From Welwitschia mirabilis (lineage: Eukaryota): a stretch of DNA of 24,712 bases. Made by a program: the position numbers and the translations under genes. The notes beneath the pieces were generated by a model that ran no database searches, was not told the origin of the DNA, and saw only the letters and a list, made by a program, of their open reading frames with translations. Within the stretch, counting starts at the first letter, position 1. Every line of letters starts with the position of its first letter. Location: assembly GCA_051453625.1 (NCBI GenBank), contig JBOZIK010000001.1, positions 19,358,501 to 19,383,212 on the forward strand, in the 5' to 3' direction. Shown here in pieces: positions 10,610 through 22,380 of this stretch.

Positions 10610-13421
10610 TTTATGGACCAACTCCCATGTACTATTTTCTACAAGTGCATAGTATTCTTCTTTCATGGCTTGGACCAATAAATTATGTAGAATGATGTAT
10701 TTTAAAGAAGTTGATTTACCCTCAAATGTTAAGTGAATCTCAATATCATCATCATCATGAGTTGTATTCAACCCATGTATAGTTTTAGTTTTACTTTTCT
10801 CATCATCATGAACATCTTGAAAAGTAGGCTATAGCCAAGTACTTCGATGTCATCTCTTAGTAGTATCAATTTCTTCAGTTGAAAAACTCACTGAATTACT
10901 ATTGAAACCATGATTAATCATGCTAAGAGCACAAAGTTGCTTAATTCCTATAGGTTGCAAAGTGGACATATTAATAGAATGAGCTGAAGCATTACTAGTG
11001 GCCACATCTCCCTCCTTAACTGTAGGAACTAGGCATTCAATATGGTCACTGGGTTAGAGGAATGATGAAGATTTGAAGGATCGAGCTAAGAATTATTGTT
11101 TGAAGTCTCTAAAAATATGAATAATGGAAAACAATGATCTTATGATGCTCTATGAGACACACTTAATAACCCTTCTATTCAGTTGGATATCCCATAAAGA
11201 TGCTGATGTGAGAATGTACTTCAAATTTGTCACAATGTTCTCTTTAAATATAGACATATCAATTGCAATAAAAAAGGTGAAATTGGTTCAAATTTGACTT
11301 GTACCCATATCACATTTTAGCTAGATATACTCCTTTTTCAATATATCAACCAATATGATTATTAATATGTACTACATTGTTTACTGCTTCACCCCAAAAA
11401 TAGGTCTTACAACCATTGAAATACATCATGAAATGTGTCATATCCATGGTTATTCAATTAAATCACTCAATAATACCCTTTTATTGGGGTATCCCTAGGT
11501 AGGTATTCAAATGTCAAATCCCTTCAGAAGTAAGAAAGTCCTTGAACTCGACAGTTGTGTTCTCACCATCATTAGCTGAGTAGAAACTTTTAATATGATA
11601 GTCAACTTTCTTTTTAACTTTAGTTTTAAAATTCTTGAAAATATCTAAAGTTTACAATTTGTATTTGATGAGATATATCCCAGCCATTTGGAAATAATTA
11701 TTAATATAGGAAATAACGCAACAAAATCTATGGAAAATGGAAACTGACATAGGTCCACATAGATCACTATGAATAAATAAAAGATTTTGATTAACATGTA
11801 ATTTAATTAATGAAAACTACTATCTAGTTATTTTTGACCAGAATAAATGCTTCACACTAACGAAAATTCCGTGATATGGACAAAAAATGCTTATGCCATT
11901 TTCATGTATTACATTCATTATGCTAAGAGTAGAATGCCCTAGTCGAGCATGCCATAGTAGTAAGGGAGATATCTCATCTTGTAAAAGGGCATAGGTGGTC
12001 TCTCACATTCTAACACAACCATAAAGATGAAAACACTTACCATCCATATAGCCTTTCATAACCAATAATCAATTATCATCATAAATGTCCACTGAGTGCT
12101 TCATCATGGAAATAGAGTGATCTTCTTACATCATACTTAAAAGTAATAGAAGATGAAATCATAAAAAAGAAATATACAAAACATGTAAAATAGTTTGTGA
12201 AGAGAGCAATGTCTAGTTAAGGGTAATCAAACCATAATCTTCTAAAAAAACTAGTGTTTTATCTACTTAATAAACATGAGCTAGTGCTTTAACAAATTCA
12301 TTAGAATAATTGTATTGATAAGTTATGTAATGAGTTTCACCTGTGTCAAGAATCCTTATCTCATTATAAGGTATGTATTGACTTATACTAATAAAATAAA
12401 AGTTTTAAAAAAATAGCATTTGATTCAAAGTTTTCAACATCATCAAGGGAATTAGATTCTTTAGTAACTGCATTTTTCTTAGGCATAGAATCTATCTTAT
12501 CCCAAGGAATCCTACAAAATTCTGTTGTCTTATCTTGTCTTCCACATTATGGGCATTGATATTTTCTCTTCTTAGGAGTCATAGTATTTAAAACTTACTC
12601 CTTGTTTTACTATTTCTAATTAGGGTTCTTGTTTTATGATTGCTGTGGAGCCTTATCCTCATCATGGTGCAATTCCTTTTGCAGATGGAATTTGCTAATA
12701 GGTTATTTATTTTTATGAGGAGTGCCATGAAAATGAGAAACTTTACATGCAGCTTCAAAGGAAGAAGATGTGATGAAGTTAAACTAAGATTTAGTAGAAA
12801 TAAAATTCTTATTAAGTATATCAAAAGTCATATTATTTGATGGCTTACTGCCATGTAGTGGCATAATATAAGTACATGTAAAGAATTATTTCAAACAACA
12901 ATGGATTAAGTTGACATAATGAATGCAAAATTGTTTTTATGAATCAATCTTCACTACCTTTAGCTTGATGTCTTACATCTATGCAATAAATTATCTTATC
13001 TTTCCTTTCTCATAATGTAAATTGTTCATGTGAGTTATAAGGTTAAGAAGCTCCAAATTATTTTTGGAGTAGAATGTGTTCCTCAAGATATAGAATTTGG
13101 TATCACTTGTTTTGGTACAATCACTAAACCTACTATATTGATAAGAGATAAGTTTACACATAATCTATAATCAATTTTTTGTCAATATGTTACTAAGTAA
13201 CTTATTTAGTTAGATCGTGAAGAAGTGTATGATCATGTATTAATAATTCCTTTTCATAATCATAAATCTACACGGTTAGTATGAAATCCTCATACCAAAC
13301 CCAACATGACTCATGATCTTAAAGAGTGACTCTGATATTGGTCATGATCCTAAAGAATGGATGTGAAAGACTCTAACAATCACTAAAACTTACCCTTTGA
13401 AGATGATGATATCTATGCCAT
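10610..13421 (-). pseudogene. Degenerate Ty1/copia gag-pol (gag, Zn knuckle, protease, integrase, first residues of RT)
   Basis: Zn knuckle QCP*CGRQDKTTEFC (~12515-12560); protease ILDTGETHYIT (~12322-12355); LLWHARLGH (~11935-11962); FIHSDLCGPM (~11748-11778); FWGEAVNNVVHINN; IFMGYPTE*KGY; RT start VQAMKEEYYALVENSTWELV (~10617-10676). Integrase before RT is the copia order. The gag start at 13421 is tentative. Confidence 0.93.
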
Positions 13422-13817
13422 GATAAAGAGGGGATGAGTATGAGAAAAGAGTTAATAAGGTAAAGTCAAGAATCATCTTTCTCACATCCATAACTAAAAG
13501 TGATCTATTCATCATACAAAGAAATTTTATTAAAATTTAAAAAAATAAGAAAAAGAGAACCAAAAGATGTTATATTCATAAGAAAAGGGATCTTTCTCTC
13601 ATTCACAATTTCAAGTAATTTATCCAATTTACAATGCAATGAAAGCAAACAAACAAAAATGTCATGATGAGAGGTAAAATCACAAGGAAAGGAAATAAAG
13701 CCAAAATCGAGTGATCTATCTAAAACATAAAATGTGATAATTTATAATCCACATTTTGTAATATTTAATTAGTAATCATAATGACATGATTACGAGAGTC
13801 TCTAAATTATCTAATAC

Positions 13818-13829
13818 ATTTTGATACCA
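13818..13829 (-). other. Degenerate tRNA-iMet primer binding site
   Basis: Minus strand TGGTATCAAAAT versus consensus TGGTATCAGAGC, about 400 bp upstream of the putative copia gag start. Confidence 0.5.
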
Positions 13830-14664
13830 ATTTTAATGAAAATCCTTTTTTTTTAAAAGTGAGAATCAATGGGTATTCTTATAATTGATAATGTAATATG
13901 CAAAACATATATTTTAAAAGTTACTTACTTAATTAATCTTAATTTTAATTAATCTTAATTTTGGGTAATTTTATTATTTTAAAATATAATGATAAGAATT
14001 TTAATACTAAATATACCTATTTATGATTATGTAAGCAATTTAATGGTTAAATAGTTAAATCGAAAAATTCATATGAAGGTGTAAAATAATCTCTACAAAA
14101 ATGGCATGTGACATATTTATTTTAACTATGTCTTCATGTGTCTTATTCAAATCTAAAAAGAAACTAAAATTACTTAGTAAAAGTAAAAGAATAGTAAGTA
14201 AGAATACTATGTTCAATTATGACAATTTCTTACATTTAATTATGACATTCCCTTCTTGTATGTTGTTGATATGATAGATCATGAAGAGTGTAAACATGTG
14301 AGTAAGAACATGCACTCTTATCCATAAAGTAAAAATAATAAATGAATATAATTTATTCTATCATGACTTTTATCCTTATTAATGTTTTTGGAAGTACTTT
14401 ATGCATAAAATATTATTTTTCTTATTGTGTTACATGACAATTTTGAAATTGGTACATTTGTTCTTCTAATGCATGTTTTGGATTAATTATGAGTCCATGA
14501 ATGATGAAGAAGGAACTAGAATAAAGAAATTATGCATCTAATTAATTTTGTTAATTAAAGCAAGAAGATTACTCATCTAAATTAGGTGCATAAGTCATAA
14601 ATAAGATTCCTTTTGTCATTGATACATTACTTTCACTTTTTACACAAGCTCTTATAACTTCACA

Positions 14665-14843
14665 TTGATTACATAAGCTCATCCAACTTGTTATTAATTA
14701 ATCTTGTCATTGTCATTCACATTTCCATATCACTTTTATACAAAGTCCATCCAACTTGTTATTAATCAATCTTATCATTGTCACTAATATGTCAATGTCA
14801 TTTTTACATAAGATCCATTCAACTTGTCATTAATCAATCTTAT
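14665..14843 (+). repeat. 68-bp tandem repeat, about 2.6 copies, just upstream of the LTR TATA box
   Basis: CATYCAACTTGTYATTAATYAATCTT recurs at 14680, 14748 and 14816. Confidence 0.9.
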
Positions 14844-14932
14844 AAAGTAAAAGAGATTTCCTTGTCTTATGAGTAAAATGATATAGGTGGTCTTTAATCA
14901 ATTATATCAAGAACCTTTAATATACCATTTAT

Positions 14933-14941
14933 CTATAAATA
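14933..14941 (+). promoter_or_regulatory. Putative LTR TATA box
   Basis: CTATAAATA followed by a pyrimidine-rich initiator-like tract. Confidence 0.55.
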
Positions 14942-17611
14942 AAGCCCTCTTACTTTCTCTCAAACTAGTATTTTTTAAGCAAGTTTATGTTTCCAAAATT
15001 TCTTCTTAATATTTCATTCTTTTAAATGTGGAGTGGGAGCTTGGAGGTTGGAGCTTAGAGGTTGAATCTTGAAGATTAGAGCTTAAAATCTTGGAGATAG
15101 AATCTTAGAGCGTAGAACTTTCTCAATCTTATTCAAGGATCATCAATCTCCTTACCTCTAAGTAGGTTCTTCTTTCATGAGAGTTTTAGCTCCATTTCTT
15201 GCATTAGGCCTATGCATATGATTTGTGTTTGCTCTCCTATTAGCTGATACTAAGACAAGGAAGAGAATTGAGGGATCTTTATATGATTATCTAATGGGGC
15301 TATCAATGGTTATATATATTTTTCCCTCCCATTGACATAGACTAAGATGATGGAGGGAGTTGAGGGACCTCTTAACATGCTTAGCTTCTATGTGTCTAAT
15401 GGATATTTTGGTCAAGTAACCAAAGGATTCACTATGATTTTGGGTACTCATATTGTATTGCATTGTATTATTGTTTAGATGCATTTTACATCATATTTTC
15501 ATTAGAGTCTTGTTAGGGTAAACAAAGTTTAATCCTCAAGAATCTATTTAGGCTAGGCATTCCTTATTAGAAAATTCTAAGGCTCACGCTATTGATGCAT
15601 TGTTTATTATAGTAAATTGAGTTTATATTAATGTTTAGAATAAAAATTCATAGTCAATTTATTTGATTTTATTTTTGTAAATTGGTATGATTTCTCTTGT
15701 TCTTAGTTTAGTTAAAGTTTATCTTTTTTTTTAAGGACAAGAAAATTAAGAAAGTTATAACTCATTTAATACTATGTAAAATTTTATGAAATTTTTTATT
15801 AGGTCTAAAATTATGTTAGGAAGTTAAAATTTTTAAAATAGTAATTTTGATGACATAAAATAATTTTTAAAATTTCTTTTGTAAAAAAATCTCAAAATTT
15901 ATAAGCAAAAAACAAGAAGTAAAAAGTTTTAGTTTTTAGAATTTATAGAGAGTTCTAGGAAAAATTGGAGTAGTCAAACTTGTGGAAAATTAAATAATAT
16001 TTTTAAAAAGTATTTACACATTGAAAAACACTAAGTATATCAATAGTTATAGCCATTTTCGTAAAGGGTATTAGTTTAGCAATTCTAAGAATTAGGCAGT
16101 TTTCATAGTTTAAAGTATGAACATATGAAATACATCTAGGCTAATTTAAATTTATTAAAATTATTTTTTAAGAATAGTGTAGTTAGTCTGATTTTAGAAA
16201 ATTAAGTCTAATTTATTTTTAAATAATTAATAAAAAATTTTTAGATTTAATGCCGTCTAAAAGTTAAGAAAATTTGTAAATAACTTTAATAATTATAGAA
16301 AATTAACTAATGCAAGTACCATATGATTTATACTTAAGTTAAGTCTTTTTTGTATCATTTTTATATAATATTTATCAAAATTTAGGTTCTTCTTCTTACC
16401 TTTCAAGCATAAACATTAAGGTTATCTACTTAATAGTCCTAGAAGCATGTAGCCCAATTAATTAGCTTTATTAATGTTTATTTTTGAAAAAAATGCATAT
16501 AGTTTATCTAACTTTATTTTAATATAGACACTTAGAATGATTAAGAGGGTTTAAAAGTTGGCTTAGTTTCATAAATGAAGGATGTGTTGTAATAGAACTT
16601 AGATGTATTAATGTGTCTTGTTTGAAAACAATTACTATAATATAGAAAAACGAAGAAATGTTTTCTTTAATTTATTTTTATTATTATACTTTGAAAATGT
16701 ATGATTTCCATTTATGTAAAATAAAAAATATGCTTATATGTTCTACTCTTCTTTTGTATGATTATTTTCTTAAAATAAACCTTATGATGATTAGAATTAT
16801 TTTTACTAGACAAACAACCCACTAAATATTCACATATTGTATGCTTGAATTTGTATGGTGTATTCATTTAACTAAATCAAGATAATCTTAATAATTATCC
16901 ATCCCCATACTTGGATTTTATCATCAAGTTAGGTTTAATTGTACTTTTATTTTCAAACCCTTTTGGAAGTGGATTTGATCACCACTCTCCTACCTTATGC
17001 ATGCATGGACTTACTCTGACTTAATATCTCAAGCCCTTAATATCAAAGGATAATGTTGCACCATCTTGAAATGCTTTAAGGAATCAGGGGTTACTTGAAA
17101 GTATGCATCCACCTCACGTACCACCTATCACCTGTATTAGGGGTATATCGAGATGAAGTCTAAGCCTCTAGAGTTGAGCCTAATTATGTCTGTATAGTAT
17201 AGAACTTGAAATAGAACCAACTCATATCTGGAGGGTGGCCAGATATCGAGTTGTAATGCCATTAATAGGAGATGCAACCTCCCATTATATTGGTTAGGAA
17301 CTATCAAAAAACTTATCCATTATATGTAATAAAACAAGTTTACATCCCATCAACTTTATACAAGATATCTATATATGATGAAAACAAAAGTTAGGAATAA
17401 ATATAAGACACAATTTTAACATCATTATTGTATGTAAACCAAATGGATTATAATTAAGTAATAATTATGTTATCTAATTATTTTAAATCTTATAATGTGT
17501 TAATAGGATCTAAATAGGATTTGATCCTAAGTTCTATTATTCATGTTAGTTAATAATGTCTAGAAAAAAATATTGATTAATTAGGGTAATTAAAATTAGG
17601 GTGTTACATAT

Positions 17612-18357
17612 CATTAGAAGCTATATGATTATATTGATAGATTTAAAGAGCATTTAGAAAGTATCATTTAGAATAATTCTAGGGAATGGTCAAAGATTAG
17701 CAAAATTTTTAGTAACTATAAAAGAGATATTAAATCCTTAAGAATAGAAATTGTACAAAGAGAGAAGACATTTTTACCAAAGAATTTAAAACTTTTTTAA
17801 ATGATATGGTCACACAATTTTATAGAATATTAAAAGAATGCAAAACAGATATGAAAGTTTTTGTAGTATTCTCTTAGGATTTTTAGTAGTTATATTCCTT
17901 TAGAGATATAATTATGAAAAATATAACCATGCTTAGAGGCACTTTTATAGATATCTTTTCAAAATTAAAAAATAAGGATTTATCAAAAATGTATATAGTC
18001 TTAATAGGAAAAACTTCAAGGGCGGCAGTACAAGTTGAGATAGCTTCAGAACCAGAACATGTACTTCAAAGTCCCAGAATAAAAATTCCTCTAGCCCTTA
18101 AAAGAAAAATAGGAAATTCAAAGCAGCCAAGGGCTCCTTCAAGAGGAAGAGACAAAGGCAAAAATGTAACAACTAGAAAACCAACAGATATAGAAATTAT
18201 AGCTTTAAATGATTCTACTTTATTTGAGGAACAAAGAAAAATTTTGGTTGTGTTAAAATAGGAAAAATAGTAGGTCCAATAGGCCAAGAAATTAAAAGAA
18301 TAAGAGTCTAATAAAGAGCATCCTTTTATTTTCAAAAGAAGAAATGAAAAATGTTGA
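17612..18357 (+). pseudogene. Fossil accessory ORF (~250 codons) in the 3' internal region of an Athila-like element
   Basis: Frame from 17612 reads H*KLYDYIDRFKEHLESII*NNSREWSKISKIFSNYKRDIKSLRIEIVQREKT. After one frameshift (~17770) it reads FTKEFKTFLNDMVTQFYRILKECKTDMK..., runs into ORF 17914-18261 and continues *EK**VQ*AKKLKE*ESNKEHPFIFKRRNEKC*. Confidence 0.6.
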
Positions 18358-18385
18358 GCTTTTCTTTCTCTTTCTTTTGTATATA

Positions 18386-18423
18386 TTTGTTAAGGACTAA
18401 CAAAACCTTGAGCTTAGGGGAAC
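18386..18423 (+). other. Athila-type PPT and upstream motif
   Basis: TTTGTTAAGGACTAACAAAACCTTGAGCTTAGGGGAAC resembles the Athila GAGGACNAGCAA...AAGCTTGGGG motif and abuts TGATGAG. Confidence 0.75.
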
Positions 18424-18838
18424 TGATGAGAATCGATAATGGTGTAAATTTTTCTTATTAATTAAATAATTTTGTTTTTATAATTATATATTTTAGATGG
18501 TATTCAACATTTCTCTTTAGAATTTAAGTTTATAAACCAATTGGTTAGTAGGTTAGTTAGTTAATATGTTAATAGGTTAATATATGTTATTATGTTATAG
18601 GTACAAAAAGTCGTTTGATATGAGGATGAGGGAGAATGTTAAGGTGGCAGAAATATAGTAACAACTTCAATCATAAACCTATTTCTCAAGAGCAAAAAAA
18701 GGAAACAGTAAAATGGAAAGAAGCTAAAGGGTATAAGAAGGAGATCATCACAAGGAGTAGGGATCTTTTGGCAAAAGAGCTATAGAAATAGAACTAAGAA
18801 AAAAGGTCAAGAAGAATCTCCAATTATCTTGAAAAAGG
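18424..18838 (+). mobile_element. 5' portion of an Athila-like 3' LTR, interrupted
   Basis: Starts TGATGAG right after the PPT. A T-rich segment, then TAGGT and an A/G-rich segment as in Athila U3. Composition changes abruptly at ~18839. Confidence 0.65.
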
Positions 18839-21005
18839 TGTAGCATCATCTAATGTTCTAATGTTGCCTACAAAGCAAAACAAAAATCTTATTAGTACAT
18901 TTTTGTATAGCATTTTGATATTTTAATATAAAGCTAAAAAGCTAATATTTTGAAATATCATTGTGAACATGTAATTACTTGCTCTTGTTTCTACAACTAA
19001 AGATGGATTAAGATAATTAGTAATACTTAGAAATAATTATTATTCACCATTTCATCTAAAATATATATCATGCTTTTTTATTTTCTTATTCCCTATAATG
19101 TAATATATTTATATAGTAAACTTATCAATTATCAACCTGACTAGTTCAAGTAACTTCATCATGAGCTTTTTGTGGTGATGCATTTTGAACTAAATGGTTG
19201 AAGTACAAATAGTCTTAACTAGTTCTTTAGTAAACCTGTCACATTCAAAATTTTTCAAGGTCCAAAGGTTTAGCTTAAAATTTTAATTAAAATAATTTTA
19301 TTATTATAGAGTCCTCAAGTTAGTTTTATTATTGCATGTATTTACTTCATGACTTCCATTTGTGTAATCTTATTGTGAAAATTTTGTGCATAACTCCTCA
19401 CATTTTTTAGTAGTCATAATATTATCCTTGTTAAAAATTCTTATGGTTTAATTATGGTTCTTGTGGTTAAAATCTTATAATTTTTTCACTCATATCTAGA
19501 AAATAGTTTAAAATATGGTTGTTGAAAATTTTTCATTATTGTAATAATTGCATGATGAGCATCACTATTTATTGTTATGATATTAATGCACCTAGTGGCC
19601 TCACAAGGAATGGAATAAGGGTGGTTACCAAATCCTTGAAAACTTTTGCCGCCTTGACCATCCTTTGCATTTCACCAAACCTGAGTTATAAATAGAACCC
19701 TTTTCCTCCTTTCTCCTTACTTTTATTTTGAAGAAGCCTTTACTACTAAATCTTAGAGCTTGGATAACCCTTCGAGCCTTTGAGCCTTGGAATCTTTGAG
19801 ATTTTTTGAATCTTCAAATTAATTTGGGTATGTTTTTATGGCTTAATCTATTTTCTTATATGGTTCTTGTGTTTTTTCATTTAACTCTTGTATGACTTAT
19901 GGTTCTTTGATTCCTTTCTTATATGATTTTTTATTCTTTGAATCCTTTCTTGTATGGCTTATGGTCCTTTGATTTCTTTCTTGTATGGTTTATATTTCTT
20001 TAATTATTTTCTTAAATGATTTATGAGCTTCCATCTATTTCTTGCATCTCTTATATGTTTCATGGATTTTCCCTGCTATCTTATTTATTCATATAAGTCT
20101 TTTCTTACGTATATAATATCTTAGTTGTGAATTCAATTCTATTCTTTAAACTTTGCTAAGTAATCAAATTATGTGGATTCAAGGGCTGGACCGCCTAAAG
20201 GGATCCCATTGACCATGGGAGTGAGCTATCAGAGTGATCATGGTGATGTTTGTGACCCTTCTAGTTATGCATAAGATGCAGCTTCAAAGGGTTTATCCCA
20301 CATGAAGGGTTCCTATTGGCCATGAGAATTAACCTTTAACAAATGGATATTTTTGACATGCTTCTGACAGATCATACTATTCATTATACATTATTGAATT
20401 ATCGAGACTTGGAATTGTATCTGGATTATTGTATCTAATATAAGGTTTTGATTATTCGATATTCTTAAGAATCCCTTGTTGAGATTGAAAAACCCCTGAC
20501 TTAAAACCTTGTCATGGATCATATTAGGAACTATGAATGTTATAGTTCTCACACCATGTTGTTTGTGTTTAACAGGTGGTTGAGTGAAGCATAGAAAAAA
20601 CTGATCTGTCTTACTAAGAAGGGCATTTAAAATGTTTATTTTTCTAGCTTGTGCATGACAAATTATAAAAATAGAGTGATTTGTTCATCCTTATAACTTA
20701 TATTCTATTATATGTTATGATTTACTTTTGAGATATGATGTCAATTTATTACTTGTGCTATCCTCGAATTAAAGAAGGCTTATTTTCTCTTATGTGAGTC
20801 ATTTATCTTCTCTACCTTCAAAATATACTCAAGGATGTATTTTATTTGCATGCATATAAGTTCATTTAAGAATAGTTGGCTCAAATATATAATAAAAGCA
20901 TTTGCTAAAGTTTAAGCTCATAGTTTTGGATTAAAAATTCTATGACATTTCATTTTGATATCAAAGCTACATGAAGTTTTTAAGTGTGGAATTTGATATG
21001 TTACA
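18839..21005 (+). mobile_element. ~2.2 kb gypsy-type (Tekay/Del-like) 5' LTR; left boundary uncertain
   Basis: Ends GATATGTTACA immediately before a PBS. Candidate start TGTAGCATCATC. TATAAATA at 19687-19694 is followed by a pyrimidine tract and GAGCTT/GAGCCTT repeats. Confidence 0.7.
19826..20041 (+). repeat. 31-bp minisatellite, 5-7 degenerate copies, inside the LTR
   Basis: Unit TTGTATGGCTTATGGTCCTTTGATTTCTTTC starts at 19888, 19919, 19950, 19981 and 20012, with weaker copies upstream. Confidence 0.88.
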
Positions 21006-21008
21006 ATT

Positions 21009-21020
21009 TGGAATCAGAGC
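21009..21020 (+). other. tRNA-iMet primer binding site (1 mismatch)
   Basis: TGGAATCAGAGC versus TGGTATCAGAGC, 3 nt after the LTR-terminal CA. Confidence 0.88.
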
Positions 21021-21614
21021 ATTGGTTATGGTCTCACTAGGTGTAGCATTATGATGGGCACTACCTTGATTGACTGGTACTCTAGGTTTGGAGACATGAA
21101 AACAACAAAGTATTTATTTAATGTTATGCCTTATAGGAACATTACATATTAGACCTAACTAATAATTAGCTAGGTGGAAAATTTTAAGTTAGTAGCATGG
21201 GGAAAAATTAAGATAAACATAGCCAAAAATATAGTTTATACCCATGATTGAAATGAAGATCTTTAATATGTAAGATTGATATAATAACTATCTATGCCAA
21301 ATACTTTGATTTATATCAGATCTTTATCATCTGATACAACTATACTACCATGTTTTCTTGGAGTCATTAATTTGCTAACATATGTTTGGTAAGACCAATA
21401 CTAATTTTATACCATCTAGTATTAGCTTTTTATAATCTTGACTATAAATGAGCATTTATAGGTTTTAGTTGGTATTATTAAATGTAATAAATGCCATTTC
21501 CTGATAACATTGGCAAAATACTTAGTGGTGTAGTAGTGAAATCAGTAAAAGAGGAGAAGATAAGAATATCACATAAGAAGAGCTCAAGAAAAGGAAAAAT
21601 AAAAACTACAAGAT

Positions 21615-21950
21615 GCCACAGAGGAGATAATTCGATGAAGGAGTATCTGCTTCTCATGAGAAAACCAACAATCCATTCAAATAATAAAAATCTCTTGTGA
21701 GTACTACATAGCATTAAACAGGAGACAAAATGTATGAAGATGCACTGGAGTACTCTTTGAAACCAAGAATAGCAGTGCATCACTAGATAGCTGCTTGGCG
21801 GTTGGGGTTATGTAGTTATTGATTGAGCTTAATAGAAAATGCCATAGTTTCCATTGATGAGGAATTCAGCTTAAGGGATGATATTTGAAAACAACATGAG
21901 TAAGCATTATGGGATCATTAAAGGACATGATTTTGAGTGTTATAATAGTT
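21615..21950 (+). pseudogene. Possible decayed gag N-terminus
   Basis: ATGCCACAGAGGAGA (MPQRR, cf. MPPRR chromovirus gag starts) about 600 bp after the PBS. The rest is heavily interrupted. Confidence 0.35.
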
Positions 21951-22296
21951 GCTTAATCAGAAGCAAGCGGCATTGCTTCCCTTAGCAACTGCAGACATAT
22001 AACTTACTCCTTCATAAATTCTCGGGCCTTCGTATGTGTTGATGTCTTATGTCTTGCATTTGCTTATCATGCCTTATCCTTTCTTCTATCACTCATACAA
22101 GGCGCACATCGTCATTTCTCCCATGATGCATTTTTGCTCTTAATTTTTAGTGATTCAACACTGATAATCTCAACTCTGCTACAAAAGACTTGGTACTGTA
22201 ATTTCATAGTTTAATCATAAGTCTCATGTTTTTATTAGATCATCTAATAATCTTCGTGCCTTTTAAAATCAAATAATCATTGAACTTAGTTGGTAA

Positions 22297-22380
22297 TGTT
22301 GGAATAATGGACCTATATACAATGTATATGGACTTGTTTGTTGGAATAATGGACCTACATACATTGTATATGGGCTTATT
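22297..22380 (+). repeat. 42-bp tandem duplication of the LTR 5' terminus
   Basis: TGTTGGAATAATGGACCTATATACAATGTATATGGACTTGTT (22297) and TGTTGGAATAATGGACCTACATACATTGTATATGGGCTTATT (22339), 4 differences. Confidence 0.95.

Larger units (their letters stand above)
13892..17608 (+). mobile_element. Long (~3.7 kb) gypsy-type (Tekay/Del-like) LTR, apparently solo; left boundary uncertain
   Basis: Ends in ATTAGGGTGTTACA (17608), with a decayed inverted copy TGTAATATGC at 13892. Internal CTATAAATA at 14933, upstream tandem repeats and downstream GAGCTTGGA-type repeats. The flanks GATAA/TATCA are not a perfect TSD. Confidence 0.6.

Noticed and set aside
13098-13108. TTGGTATCAC PBS-like word on the plus strand
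   Set aside because: Lies within the minus-strand copia gag with no adjacent LTR end.
18423-18445. CTGATGAG resembling a hammerhead ribozyme (retrozyme) core
   Set aside because: No stem II followed by GAAA and no flanking helices. It is explained as PPT end plus the TGATGAG LTR start.
21960-22290. GC-richer block with small AAGCAA..TTGCTT hairpin, possible ncRNA or exon
   Set aside because: Stem too short, no recognisable RNA family and no clean frame. Left unassigned.
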